64,000 nucleotides of DNA, from contig CAXXYE010000004.1 in NCBI GenBank assembly GCA_963674865.2, positions 128,001 through 192,000 on the forward strand, given 5' to 3'. Shown here piece after piece: positions 9,728-18,939 of the stretch. The DNA comes from Candidatus Hydrogenedentota bacterium (lineage in GTDB: Bacteria > Hydrogenedentota > Hydrogenedentia > Hydrogenedentales > SLHB01). The notes under the pieces are model-generated. The model made no database searches. It was not told the origin of the DNA and saw only the letters and a list, made by a program, of their open reading frames with translations. Made by a program: the position numbers and the translations under genes. Position 1 is the stretch's first letter. The number at the start of each line of letters is the position of its first letter.

Positions 9728-11866
9728 ATGGATAACGAGAAGCGTATAGAAGAACTCGAAGCCGAGGTCGAGCGCCTATCCCACAGGTTGCGCACCGCGT
9801 CAGACGGCGCTAGGCGCGGGGCGGGAGCCGGGCTGGACGCTTGGCCGGAAAGCCGTTTGCCGGTTGGCCGCATTCTGCTTGTGGTGATGGCTGCGCTTCT
9901 TGTCGGCGCGGCGCTGCTGGTATTCGGCCCGGAGGGCTTCGATATCCGCCAGGCCTTGGAGTTCCCATCGGAGTTGGCCACGCAGGATATCGACTATGTC
10001 CTGCTCGCATGCGTGCTCCTTGGACTGATGGCCGTCCTATTCTTTGCGATGCGATGGCGCATTACCTTTCTTTCTTTCGCACTCGCGGCGACGTACCTCA
10101 CCTATGCGATATACTTCCGGCAGCAGCCCGACGCTCTGAGCCTTTCCTCCCGAGATTACTTCTGGCTCTCGTCCGGATTTCTTACGGTTGTCTATCTGCT
10201 TTTCGCGGGCACTTTCATCCATGACGTTCGGCGCTTGGTCCGAGGTCAGCGCCGCGAAGCCGTGTTGGCCTGCGTGAATTCGCTTTTTTTCGTCCTGTTG
10301 GCGTCGCAGGCCGTTGGGCGGAGCTATCCTGAGTCCAGGGCACTTTGCGAACTCCTTTTTGCCGCGGCCTTGGTGAGTCTGGCCTTGCTGGCTGAGACCT
10401 CCGGCCCGCATCGCAATTACCTGTTCCAGGTTTTCATGGGAAAGGCCGTGCTTCTGGCCACTCTGGCGCTCAAGGATTTCCTTCCCGAAGCCTGGCTTCT
10501 CCCGGCCATGGCGGCGGAGTGCTTTGTGCTGGCGTTTATCTACTGCCGCACCGGCGTGGTCGCCTTCAAGGCCCTCAACCTGCTCCTCCTCTTCATCACT
10601 TTCGGCGGGGCCCTGTTCGCCGTACGCTCCGTTCGCGCCGTGACGGTGGGGGTGTTCGCCGTGCCGCCGAACTGGCTAAGCGGATTGAGCGTGCCGGGCG
10701 TATTCCTGTTAACGGCGTGGCTCTATGAGCATTTCGCCCGCCGCCGCGGCCCTGAACAACGCAGCAGAAGCGGCCACTGGTTTCTCGCCGACACGTGGCT
10801 TGATGTTCCTGGGACAGCGACCGCCATTTTGCACGCCGCTATGGGCGCCTTGGTTCTGGTTACCTTCACCATCCTGGAATTCGGTGAGGATCCCGTGCTG
10901 CCGTACGTGCTCGCCGGGGAGAGTCTTGTCATACTGGTTATCGGATTCCTTCTACGAACGCCGCAGATCGAAGTCGGCAGCGTTCTGCTTCTTGTGGCCA
11001 CCCACGTCAGCTACTACTTCTTTCTTGTCACGGCCAGAGACTCCTTTGAGGAGGATGCTTCCCTCGTGCCGTATTCGCTTCTCGTAGCGGCGGTTACCTT
11101 CTTCGGGGCCTACCAGTGGGAGCGCTATCTGAAGGGCAACAAGCGACCGGAGTACATTCGTCATGACCTCGTTGAGGCCACGCCCTACCTTCTCGCCACG
11201 GCCATGCTTGCGACATTGCTCGGCATGAAGCTGCGGGGAGTCTTCGGGCCGTTGGCTCAAAACGCCCTTGGCGGCGTCCTCATCGTGTCGAGCTTTGCCT
11301 TCGGCATCACGCCGCTCGTTTTCTCGGGCATGGCGGCGATGGCCATCGGCACCGGCCTCTACATCGCGCGGATGTACGGTATGCAGCTTCCTCTCGAAGG
11401 CCAGCATGCATCGTGGGCGTATCTTGTATTGATACTGATCACCTATTCTACAGCGGAGCGCCTTCTTGTGTGGTTGCCTCGGCCGGGCCGCCCGCCCTCG
11501 AAGACGGAGGACGCCCTACGCGCAGTTCTTGTCTTCACGGCGGCCGCTTTGGGCGCTTTTGCGGTGCTCAACATGCTTCCGGCCCGTCATGTCGCGCTGG
11601 CCTGGATAGGCCACGCGCTCGTGGGCGTGGTGCTCGGCGCAGTTCTCCGCGAGAGCCGCTACCGCATGGCGGCCCTACTGCTCCTTGCCGGGACGGCGGC
11701 GCGCCTCGTGGCCTATGACAGGCACAACGAGCCCATCGAATGGGTGCGTTGGAGCAGTGTGGCCGCCGGGGTGGTGTTCGTGGTGCTTATCATCACGTGG
11801 TTCTATTCGCTGCGAAAGAACCGCGTGCCCCGCGCCATGGGCCCTGACGCGAATGAGCATGAATAG
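9728..11866 (+). CDS. Polytopic membrane protein (DUF2339-like)
   Basis: N-terminal coiled coil (RIEELEAEVERL) followed by many hydrophobic segments. Confidence 0.75.
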   Translation: MDNEKRIEELEAEVERLSHRLRTASDGARRGAGAGLDAWPESRLPVGRILLVVMAALLVGAALLVFGPEGFDIRQALEFPSELATQDIDYVLLACVLLGLMAVLFFAMRWRITFLSFALAATYLTYAIYFRQQPDALSLSSRDYFWLSSGFLTVVYLLFAGTFIHDVRRLVRGQRREAVLACVNSLFFVLLASQAVGRSYPESRALCELLFAAALVSLALLAETSGPHRNYLFQVFMGKAVLLATLALKDFLPEAWLLPAMAAECFVLAFIYCRTGVVAFKALNLLLLFITFGGALFAVRSVRAVTVGVFAVPPNWLSGLSVPGVFLLTAWLYEHFARRRGPEQRSRSGHWFLADTWLDVPGTATAILHAAMGALVLVTFTILEFGEDPVLPYVLAGESLVILVIGFLLRTPQIEVGSVLLLVATHVSYYFFLVTARDSFEEDASLVPYSLLVAAVTFFGAYQWERYLKGNKRPEYIRHDLVEATPYLLATAMLATLLGMKLRGVFGPLAQNALGGVLIVSSFAFGITPLVFSGMAAMAIGTGLYIARMYGMQLPLEGQHASWAYLVLILITYSTAERLLVWLPRPGRPPSKTEDALRAVLVFTAAALGAFAVLNMLPARHVALAWIGHALVGVVLGAVLRESRYRMAALLLLAGTAARLVAYDRHNEPIEWVRWSSVAAGVVFVVLIITWFYSLRKNRVPRAMGPDANEHE

Positions 11867-13175
11867 GCTCCGCGAAGCGGCGACGGGGATCTGCCTCATC
11901 CTTACAGAAGCCGGCCACCGCGCCCTTTTCGCTGGCGGCTGTGTGCGCGACCTGCTCCTCGGACGGTCGCCCCAAGACTACGACATCGCCACCAGCGCCC
12001 GCCCCGATGAAGTGGCCGCTCTTTTCCCCAAGACGGTTGATGTCGGGGCGGCATTCGGCGTGCAGGTCGTCGTTTTGCCTGAGGGGGCCTTCGAGGTGGC
12101 CACATTTCGTAAGGATGGCCCCTATCTTGACGGCCGGCGCCCGCGGAGCGTGGCGTTTGTCGACGAACGCGAGGACGCATTCAGACGCGATTTCACCATC
12201 AACGCCATGTTCTTCGATCCTGCCAGTGAGGCCGTTGTGGACTATGTCGGCGGCCGTACCGATCTCGACGCAGGCGTCATTCGGGCCGTGGGTGATGCGG
12301 GGAAGCGCTTTGACGAGGACCACCTTCGCCTCTTGCGGGCCGTGCGTTTTGCCGCCCGATTGGACTATGTCATTGCCGACGAGACGATGGCGGCGATACG
12401 CAGCCGGGCCTCCTCGATTGTGCATACTGCCGCCGAACGTGTGCGGGATGAGCTGCTGAAGCTCCTTACGGAAGGCGGAGCGCGCCGGGCGTTTGAACTC
12501 ATGGACGAAACGGGCCTGCTCGAACACGTGCTGCCGGAAGTGGCGCGGATGAAAGGCGTGGCACAGCCGGATGAGTTCCATCCTGAGGGGGACGTGTTCA
12601 TCCACACCCTCCTGATGCTTGAGGCGATGCACGACCCCTCCTATGCATTGGCCATGGCGGTGCTCCTGCATGATGTCGGCAAGCCGCTTACGCAGACCTT
12701 TGATGATCGGATACGCTTCAACAATCACGACAAGGTCGGCGCACGCGAAGCCGAGAAGGTATGCCGGCGAGTGCGCATGCCTGCCGAAGCCACGGCGCGG
12801 ATAGCGTGGCTGGTGGAGAACCACATGCGCGTGGCCGCCGCGCCGAAGATGCGCCCGAGCACACTGAAGCGCATGTTGCGGGAGGAGGCCTTCCCCGAAT
12901 TGCTAGAGCTATTCCACCTGGATTGTATGGCAAGCCATCGGGATATCGAGGCGGTGGAGTGGCTGAAACACTATGCGGAGCGCGTCGAGCCGGACGAACT
13001 CAAGCCGCCGCCGCTTCTAACGGGGAACGATTTGCTTGCCATGGGCTATGAACCGGGGCCCCTCTTCTCGACGATTCTGTCCGCGGTGGAGGATGCCCAA
13101 CTGAACGGAGCGCTGACATCCGCCGGGGAGGCTCGATCATTTGCGCGTTGCCACTGGCCTCCACCGGCGCAATAG
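11853..13175 (+). CDS. cca: CCA tRNA nucleotidyltransferase with HD domain
   Basis: AGGCVRD..DYDIAT, EVATFR, DAFRRDFTINAM, EDHLRLLRAVRF, HPEGDVFIH, LLHDVGK; overlaps upstream stop. Confidence 0.88.
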   Translation: MSMNRLREAATGICLILTEAGHRALFAGGCVRDLLLGRSPQDYDIATSARPDEVAALFPKTVDVGAAFGVQVVVLPEGAFEVATFRKDGPYLDGRRPRSVAFVDEREDAFRRDFTINAMFFDPASEAVVDYVGGRTDLDAGVIRAVGDAGKRFDEDHLRLLRAVRFAARLDYVIADETMAAIRSRASSIVHTAAERVRDELLKLLTEGGARRAFELMDETGLLEHVLPEVARMKGVAQPDEFHPEGDVFIHTLLMLEAMHDPSYALAMAVLLHDVGKPLTQTFDDRIRFNNHDKVGAREAEKVCRRVRMPAEATARIAWLVENHMRVAAAPKMRPSTLKRMLREEAFPELLELFHLDCMASHRDIEAVEWLKHYAERVEPDELKPPPLLTGNDLLAMGYEPGPLFSTILSAVEDAQLNGALTSAGEARSFARCHWPPPAQ

Positions 13176-13324
13176 CGCGGCCTTCCGCGAGTTCTTGCGG
13201 CCGGCCGACTGAATGCGGTATACGGATTCTATGGTGCCTCCCTGAGTGAGAGTCGTGCGGGCGCGAAGTCCTCGGTGTTGATGTGGGCCTGGCGGTATGC
13301 TGGGCGGCTGGAGGAGAAGAAATC

Positions 13325-14008
13325 ATGTTGAGGTATCGCATTATATTGTGTGCGGCGGCTGTAGCGGTTGCTTTTTCCGTGGTGGCATTGGCTGCGGATG
13401 AAGAGTGGATTTCGTTGTTTGACGGGAAGACGCTCAAAGGATGGATCCAGAAGAACGGGACCGCCACGTACCGCGTCGAGGATGGCGCTATTGTGGGAAA
13501 GACGACGCCGGCCAGTCCAAACTCGTTCTTGTGCAGCGTCGGTGAATATGGCGACTTCGAGCTGGAGTTCGACGTCAAGTTGCTCAATAACCAACTTAAC
13601 TCGGGCGTTCAGATACGCTCGCTCACGAAGGAGCCGGAGGGCGACGCGAAGTTCGGACGGGTGAACGGCCCGCAGGTCGAGATCGAGGCGAGCGGCGAGA
13701 AGGGCGCCGAGTCAGGCTACATCTACGGCGAAGCCTGCGGGGGGTGGATGACGCCCAAGGATAAGCTCATCCCCCGGAAGGTGTTCAAGGACGGCGAATG
13801 GAACCACTACCGGATCGTGGCTCAAGGACCGCGGATTCAGACGTGGATTAACGGCGAAGCCGTCGAGGATTTATCCGACGCGGCCAAGTTCGCGTCGCAT
13901 CCGAAGGGCTTTATCGGACTGCAGGTCCACGGCGTCGGCGATGCGGGCCCCTACGAGGTGGCGTGGCGGAAGATCCGCATCAAGGTCCTCGACAAGAAGC
14001 AGGCGTAA
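13325..14008 (+). CDS. DUF1080 (3-keto-disaccharide hydrolase-like) secreted protein
   Basis: Signal peptide; WISLFDGKTLKGW, YGDFELEFD, NSGVQIRS, GEWNHYRI, GFIGLQVH; GGAG RBS. Confidence 0.92.
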   Translation: MLRYRIILCAAAVAVAFSVVALAADEEWISLFDGKTLKGWIQKNGTATYRVEDGAIVGKTTPASPNSFLCSVGEYGDFELEFDVKLLNNQLNSGVQIRSLTKEPEGDAKFGRVNGPQVEIEASGEKGAESGYIYGEACGGWMTPKDKLIPRKVFKDGEWNHYRIVAQGPRIQTWINGEAVEDLSDAAKFASHPKGFIGLQVHGVGDAGPYEVAWRKIRIKVLDKKQA

Positions 14009-14075
14009 GGCCGCTCGGAAGATTAGTCAAGAGTCTCCCTGCCACGTCCGTGAGAGTGTGCAGACCCTTTGCGAA

Positions 14076-14104
14076 TTGCGCGTTAGCGCGTGCGAGATTA
14101 TACT
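14076..14104 (+). promoter_or_regulatory. Putative sigma70 promoter of hsp20-lon
   Basis: TTGCGC-17 nt-TATACT, about 38 nt before the GTG start. Confidence 0.5.
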
Positions 14105-14141
14105 CGCAGAGGCCGGATTGGCCGATGCCGAGGATCGACCC

Positions 14142-14528
14142 GTGAAACGATTCAACGATTTCTCCCAGTTCTACAATCTTGTTACGGACTACGGCGAAAA
14201 GGCCCGGATGGGCCATATGCCCACCGGAACCTGGCAGCCCCTTCTGGACATCTACGAACGCAAGGACAGCATCCTGATTGTCGTCGAGCTGCCGGGGGTG
14301 GACAAAGACCGGATCACCGTAACCATCGAGCAGGGCGTGCTCAAGATCGTCGGTTACCGGCCCAAACAAGTCCCCGAGGGAACCGAGCACGTCCATCAGA
14401 TGGAGATTCCCTATGGCCATTTCGCCCGTTACGTGAAGCTGCCGCCGTGCGCCGATATCGAGAAAGTAGAAGCCAAGCACGACAGAGGCTACCTCACCAT
14501 CGAGATACCGAGGAAACCGACCCAATGA
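14142..14528 (+). CDS. Hsp20/alpha-crystallin small heat shock protein
   Basis: WQPLLDIYE, VELPGVDK, EIPYGHFAR.VKLP, GYLTIEIP; GTG start after GAGGA. Confidence 0.9.
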   Translation: MKRFNDFSQFYNLVTDYGEKARMGHMPTGTWQPLLDIYERKDSILIVVELPGVDKDRITVTIEQGVLKIVGYRPKQVPEGTEHVHQMEIPYGHFARYVKLPPCADIEKVEAKHDRGYLTIEIPRKPTQ

Positions 14529-16888
14529 GCGATAACGAGATATCCGCCGAGAGCATCCCGCCCGTCCAGGAGGCCGATATCCCAGAGAGCTTGCCCGCGC
14601 TGCTCCTGACGAATCAGGTGCTGTTCCCGATGGCCGTCGTGCCTGTTCGGCTTGACAAGAAACCGGAGGTGGGACTCGTCGACGACGTGGTCGTAGGCAA
14701 TCGTCTGCTGGCGACGCTCACGTGCAAAGACGAGGACAAGGATCAGTGCACCCTCGACAATGCCTATGAGTTCGGCTGCGTGGCGCGAGTTCTCCAGCTC
14801 CAGCGCCTGCCCGACGGCGGGCTCTTCGTGGTGCTCCAGGCTGTCAAGCGCTTTCGGGTGGCGGGTGTTGTTCAACGCGAACCGTACTTGGTGGTCCGCG
14901 TAGAGACACTCGAAGATGAGGCGCCGGATCCCAAGGCGCTTTCCCCGCTGGCGGCCAGCATCAAGCAGCAGATGCGGCAGCTGATCGCCCTGTCCCCGAA
15001 CATGCCGGAAGGGGCGAGCCAGATTGTCGAAAACGTCGATGATCCTGGTTTTCTCGCCGATCTTGTCGCGGCCAACCTGAGCGTGTCTACGGAAGAGAAG
15101 CAGCGCGTATTGGGCCTGACGGACCAGAAGCAGCGCCTGGAGCGTGTGCTGTATTTACTGGCGCGCGAAGTGGAGATGATGGAGGTCACGCACAAGATTC
15201 AGGATGACGTGAAGAGCTCCATCGACAAGAACCAGCGGGAGTACTTTCTGCGGCAGCAGTTGAAGGCGATCCAGGAAGAACTCGGCGAAACCGAGGACAG
15301 CCGCCCGGAGATTCGCGAGTATCGCGAGAAGATCGAGGCGCTTGGCCTCCCGGAAGAGGTCAATAAGGAGGCCCTTCGCGAGTTGGAGCGGCTCGCGCGG
15401 ATGAATGAGGCCAGCGCGGAGTATCACGTCATCGCTACCTACCTGGACTGGATTACCGAGCTGCCCTGGAACGCCTCCACCGAGGATCGCCTTGACATTG
15501 CTCGCGCCGAAGCCATTCTCAACGAAGATCACTACGGACTCGACAAGGTGAAGCGCCGGATTCTGGAGTATTTGGCCGTCCGCAAGCTCAAGCCGGACGC
15601 AGGGGGCCCCATCCTCTGCTTCGCGGGGCCTCCCGGCGTCGGCAAGACCTCCCTTGGCAAATCAATTGCGCGGGCTCTTGGCCGGGAATTCCTGCGCATG
15701 TCCCTCGGCGGCATGCGCGATGAAGCCGAGATTCGAGGACATCGCAAGACCTACGTCGGCGCCTTGCCGGGCCGGATTATCCAGGGCATTCACAAGGCGC
15801 AGACGAACAACCCCGTTTTCATGTTGGACGAGATCGACAAGGTAGGCGCGGATTTTCGGGGCGATCCTTCGTCCGCGCTGCTTGAGGTCCTCGATCCGGC
15901 CCAGAACGACTCCTTCACCGACCACTACCTGAACGTTGCCTTCGACCTCACCAAGGTGATGTTCATTGCCACCGCCAACGTCTTGGACACGATCCCCTGG
16001 GCGCTCCGCGACCGGATGGAGATCATCGAGATCCCCGGATACAACGAAGAGGAGAAGCTGCACATTGCACGGCGCTATCTGGTGCCGCGCCAACTCGAGG
16101 CCCATGGCATTCCCAAGGGCAAGCTGCGGTTCGCCGCCCCGGCCATTCGCAAGATCATCAGCTCTTACACCCGCGAGGCGGGCGTGCGGAATCTCGAGCG
16201 TGAGATTGCCAACGTCTGCCGCGGGTGCGCCCGACGCTTTGCCGAGGGCCACCACGAGCCAATATCGATCAAGCCCGATGTCCTGCGCGAATACCTAGGC
16301 AACGAGAAGGTCTTCCGCGAGGTCGCCGAGCGCACGCGCATCCCCGGCGTGGCTACCGGCCTTGCATGGACGCCTACCGGCGGCGACATCCTGTTTATCG
16401 AGGCCACCCGAATGGAGGGGAAGGGCGCGCTTGTCCTGACGGGGCAATTGGGCGATGTGATGAAGGAATCCGCGCAGACCGCCCTCAGTTATGTCCGCTC
16501 GAACGCCAGGGACTTGGGCCTGGGCGATTACGACTTCGCCAAGTACGACATTCACATCCACGTGCCGGCCGGGGCCGTTCCGAAGGATGGGCCCAGCGCC
16601 GGTGTCGCCATCCTGACGGCGGTTGTCTCACTTCTCACCGGCAAACGGGTGAAGAACGGCCTCGCCATGACCGGCGAGATATCGCTGCGCGGACAGGTGC
16701 TGCCCGTGGGGGGGATCAAGGACAAGGTGCTCGCCGCCGTGCGCGCCGGGATCAAAGAGGTTATCCTGCCGGAGCGCTGCCGGAACGATCTCGAAGAGGT
16801 ACCCGCCAGCACCAAGAAGAAGGCCGCCTTCCACTTTGTCTCGCGGATGGAAGAGGTCCTGGCGCTTGGAATCGGGATAGAGGTCTGA
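14525..16888 (+). CDS. lon: ATP-dependent protease La (Lon)
   Basis: LON N-domain, GPPGVGKTS, MLDEIDK, PKDGPSAG catalytic Ser, GGIKDK; ATGA overlap with hsp20. Confidence 0.97.
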   Translation: MSDNEISAESIPPVQEADIPESLPALLLTNQVLFPMAVVPVRLDKKPEVGLVDDVVVGNRLLATLTCKDEDKDQCTLDNAYEFGCVARVLQLQRLPDGGLFVVLQAVKRFRVAGVVQREPYLVVRVETLEDEAPDPKALSPLAASIKQQMRQLIALSPNMPEGASQIVENVDDPGFLADLVAANLSVSTEEKQRVLGLTDQKQRLERVLYLLAREVEMMEVTHKIQDDVKSSIDKNQREYFLRQQLKAIQEELGETEDSRPEIREYREKIEALGLPEEVNKEALRELERLARMNEASAEYHVIATYLDWITELPWNASTEDRLDIARAEAILNEDHYGLDKVKRRILEYLAVRKLKPDAGGPILCFAGPPGVGKTSLGKSIARALGREFLRMSLGGMRDEAEIRGHRKTYVGALPGRIIQGIHKAQTNNPVFMLDEIDKVGADFRGDPSSALLEVLDPAQNDSFTDHYLNVAFDLTKVMFIATANVLDTIPWALRDRMEIIEIPGYNEEEKLHIARRYLVPRQLEAHGIPKGKLRFAAPAIRKIISSYTREAGVRNLEREIANVCRGCARRFAEGHHEPISIKPDVLREYLGNEKVFREVAERTRIPGVATGLAWTPTGGDILFIEATRMEGKGALVLTGQLGDVMKESAQTALSYVRSNARDLGLGDYDFAKYDIHIHVPAGAVPKDGPSAGVAILTAVVSLLTGKRVKNGLAMTGEISLRGQVLPVGGIKDKVLAAVRAGIKEVILPERCRNDLEEVPASTKKKAAFHFVSRMEEVLALGIGIEV

Positions 16889-16926
16889 TCGGACTCCATC
16901 TGTCCGGCGCGTCGGCGTTGTCGGCT

Positions 16927-18486
16927 CTATCGCAGCTTGGACTTTGACGCATCCACAATGGGCAGATGTACGGTGAACGTGGCGCCCTGCCCCGGCGTGC
17001 TATCGACGGCGATCTTGCCCCCGTGTTCCTGCACGATCTTGTAGCTGCATGCAAGCCCGAGCCCTATCCCGCTGGACCCCTTGGTGCTGTAGAACGCCTC
17101 CGACAGCCGGGACATAGCCTCCGGCTCGATGCCGCATCCGTCATCACGCACCTCAATGAGCCATTCTTCGTCATGGCGGGCCGTTGATACAATCACCAGG
17201 CTTCCCGTTTCTTGGCATGCCTCCACGGCGTTCGTGACAAGGTTCAGGATGACGCGGTAGATCGCGCGCCCGTCCACGTGAGCGATCTCAAGATCGCCCT
17301 TCTTAACCTCGAGCTTAGGCTTGCCATCTCGTACTTGGAGACGGACGTTCTCAACGACCTCCTCGACAACGGCGTTCAAGTCGGTTCCTGCGCGATCGGG
17401 CTTGTGGTCGCGCGAAAACGTCAGGAGGTTCATCACAAGCATGTCGACGCGTCCGATGGCGCGCCGCACGATTCGCCAGCCTTTGATGACCCACTGCCAA
17501 TTGCGCTCCTGGACCGCCTTATCGATGAACTCCGCCCCGCCAAGGACGCCCGCCAGGATGTTCTTCATGCAGTGGCCTACGCCGGCGGTGGCCTGGCCCA
17601 CGGCGGCAAGCCGCTCGCGCGCCACGCTCTCCTGGTAGAGGCGGGCGTTCTCCACGGCGACTCCCACTACTCTCCCCAGCGCCGTGAGCAGCTCAAGATC
17701 TTCATTCTGAAACGGCCCGGTCTCGGCCCCGGAGTCTACGTAGATGGCGCCTACGATGGATTGACGGCCGCACAGCGGGGCGCACATGGCTGAGTGGATC
17801 GCGTAGCCGATGATGCTGTCCGTCGCGCTGAACCGCTCGTCTTGCTGCGCGTCCTGCGTCAGGATGGCGTTCTTCTCGTCGAACACCCGCCGCAGCAGCG
17901 TACGGCTCAACGGCAGGCCTCCGAGGCCCTCCTCCTTCGCCAGCGATGCGCGCACCACCGGCTCATTCGTATCGGGGGACAAAGTCAGGATGAATCCTCG
18001 GCGGGCGCGGACAGACTCGAAGATGACCTGCAAGATTTGCTCGAAGAGCTCATCCAGGTCGAACACGCTGCCCAGGAGTTGGGCCGCTTTGTAGAGGGTC
18101 GGGAGCCGCCCCGAGCCCTCCTGCTTGACGATTCGATCGTAGAGCGTGCTCGCCCGATCATACGTGATGATTTTGCTTCGGGGGCGCTGCTCCTTGGCCT
18201 TGGCCACGACGAACCGGTAGTCGCCTATCGTCAGCTCATCGCCGATCTCAAGCCGCCCTTTCTTGACGCGCTTGCCGTCGATGCCAATCCCATTGCGGGA
18301 TTGAAGGTCCTCGACCATCAGGACGCCTTCTTCCACCCAGAGGCGGGCGTGCAAACGCGACACGTGCGGCCCGGAGAGCACCACGTTGGCTTCGGGCGAA
18401 CGCCCTACCAACGTGCCATCAGCGCTGATGGGCAAACGCCGAGACTCGCCTTCCTCGCCTACAAACACAAGCGCATAGTCAGGCAT
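16927..18486 (-). CDS. FHA-GAF sensor histidine kinase
   Basis: FHA (VGRS..VSRLHA..SRNG), GAF (SAMCAPL..GAIYVD), H-box (GVGHCMKN), N/G1/G2 boxes (NLVTNA, DDGCGI, GIGLGL). Confidence 0.9.
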   Translation of the reverse strand: MPDYALVFVGEEGESRRLPISADGTLVGRSPEANVVLSGPHVSRLHARLWVEEGVLMVEDLQSRNGIGIDGKRVKKGRLEIGDELTIGDYRFVVAKAKEQRPRSKIITYDRASTLYDRIVKQEGSGRLPTLYKAAQLLGSVFDLDELFEQILQVIFESVRARRGFILTLSPDTNEPVVRASLAKEEGLGGLPLSRTLLRRVFDEKNAILTQDAQQDERFSATDSIIGYAIHSAMCAPLCGRQSIVGAIYVDSGAETGPFQNEDLELLTALGRVVGVAVENARLYQESVARERLAAVGQATAGVGHCMKNILAGVLGGAEFIDKAVQERNWQWVIKGWRIVRRAIGRVDMLVMNLLTFSRDHKPDRAGTDLNAVVEEVVENVRLQVRDGKPKLEVKKGDLEIAHVDGRAIYRVILNLVTNAVEACQETGSLVIVSTARHDEEWLIEVRDDGCGIEPEAMSRLSEAFYSTKGSSGIGLGLACSYKIVQEHGGKIAVDSTPGQGATFTVHLPIVDASKSKLR

Positions 18487-18863
18487 GGATTCACTCTCCA
18501 GAGTTCGGACGTGGCCTTGTCCGAGGCGAAGGACCCGCATGATAGTGCGTGCCTCTTGCCGTAATCTCTTTTCCGCAGTCTACATCACGCTGTGCGCTCG
18601 CCGCCACCTCGCAAGCCTGCACGGCTCTACTTTCCTCGCAAGTCTTGGAGGGGGAAGGGCGCTAAGTCCCACGATTTCACCATTCCGTGCTGCCCATCCT
18701 GCAATCCTGTCTCAAACGGCCTTCCTCTTGCGCTCCCCTCCTTTGAAATCCATTCTTTGATACGCTACCTTCACGGCTGGGGCGATCGGAGGCCGTACGC
18801 TGGCGCGGCGATTACACGTCTCAAGAGATTGCCTCAGGGATTCGGAAATGTGTTTGGCCGCGT

Positions 18864-18915
18864 GGGAGGGTCGAGCTCCCGCTCGACCCCGGACGCGCAG
18901 GAGCGCGTCCCTCCC
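18864..18915. repeat. REP-like inverted doublet of GC-rich hairpins
   Basis: GGGAGGGTCGAGCTCCCGCTCGACCCC followed by GGACGCGCAGGAGCGCGTCCCTCCC: two self-folding units in inverted orientation with GGGAGGG/CCCTCCC ends. Confidence 0.65.
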
Positions 18916-18939
18916 GAATTGTCTTGAGAACGGGGCCGC

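Noticed and set aside
14020..14140. CIRCE/HrcA operator upstream of hsp20-lon
   Set aside because: No TTAGCACTC-N9-GAGTGCTAA match found
14090..14524. N-terminal extension of Lon in the ORF track (932 aa)
   Set aside because: It overlaps hsp20 in another frame; Lon homology starts at the ATG at 14525
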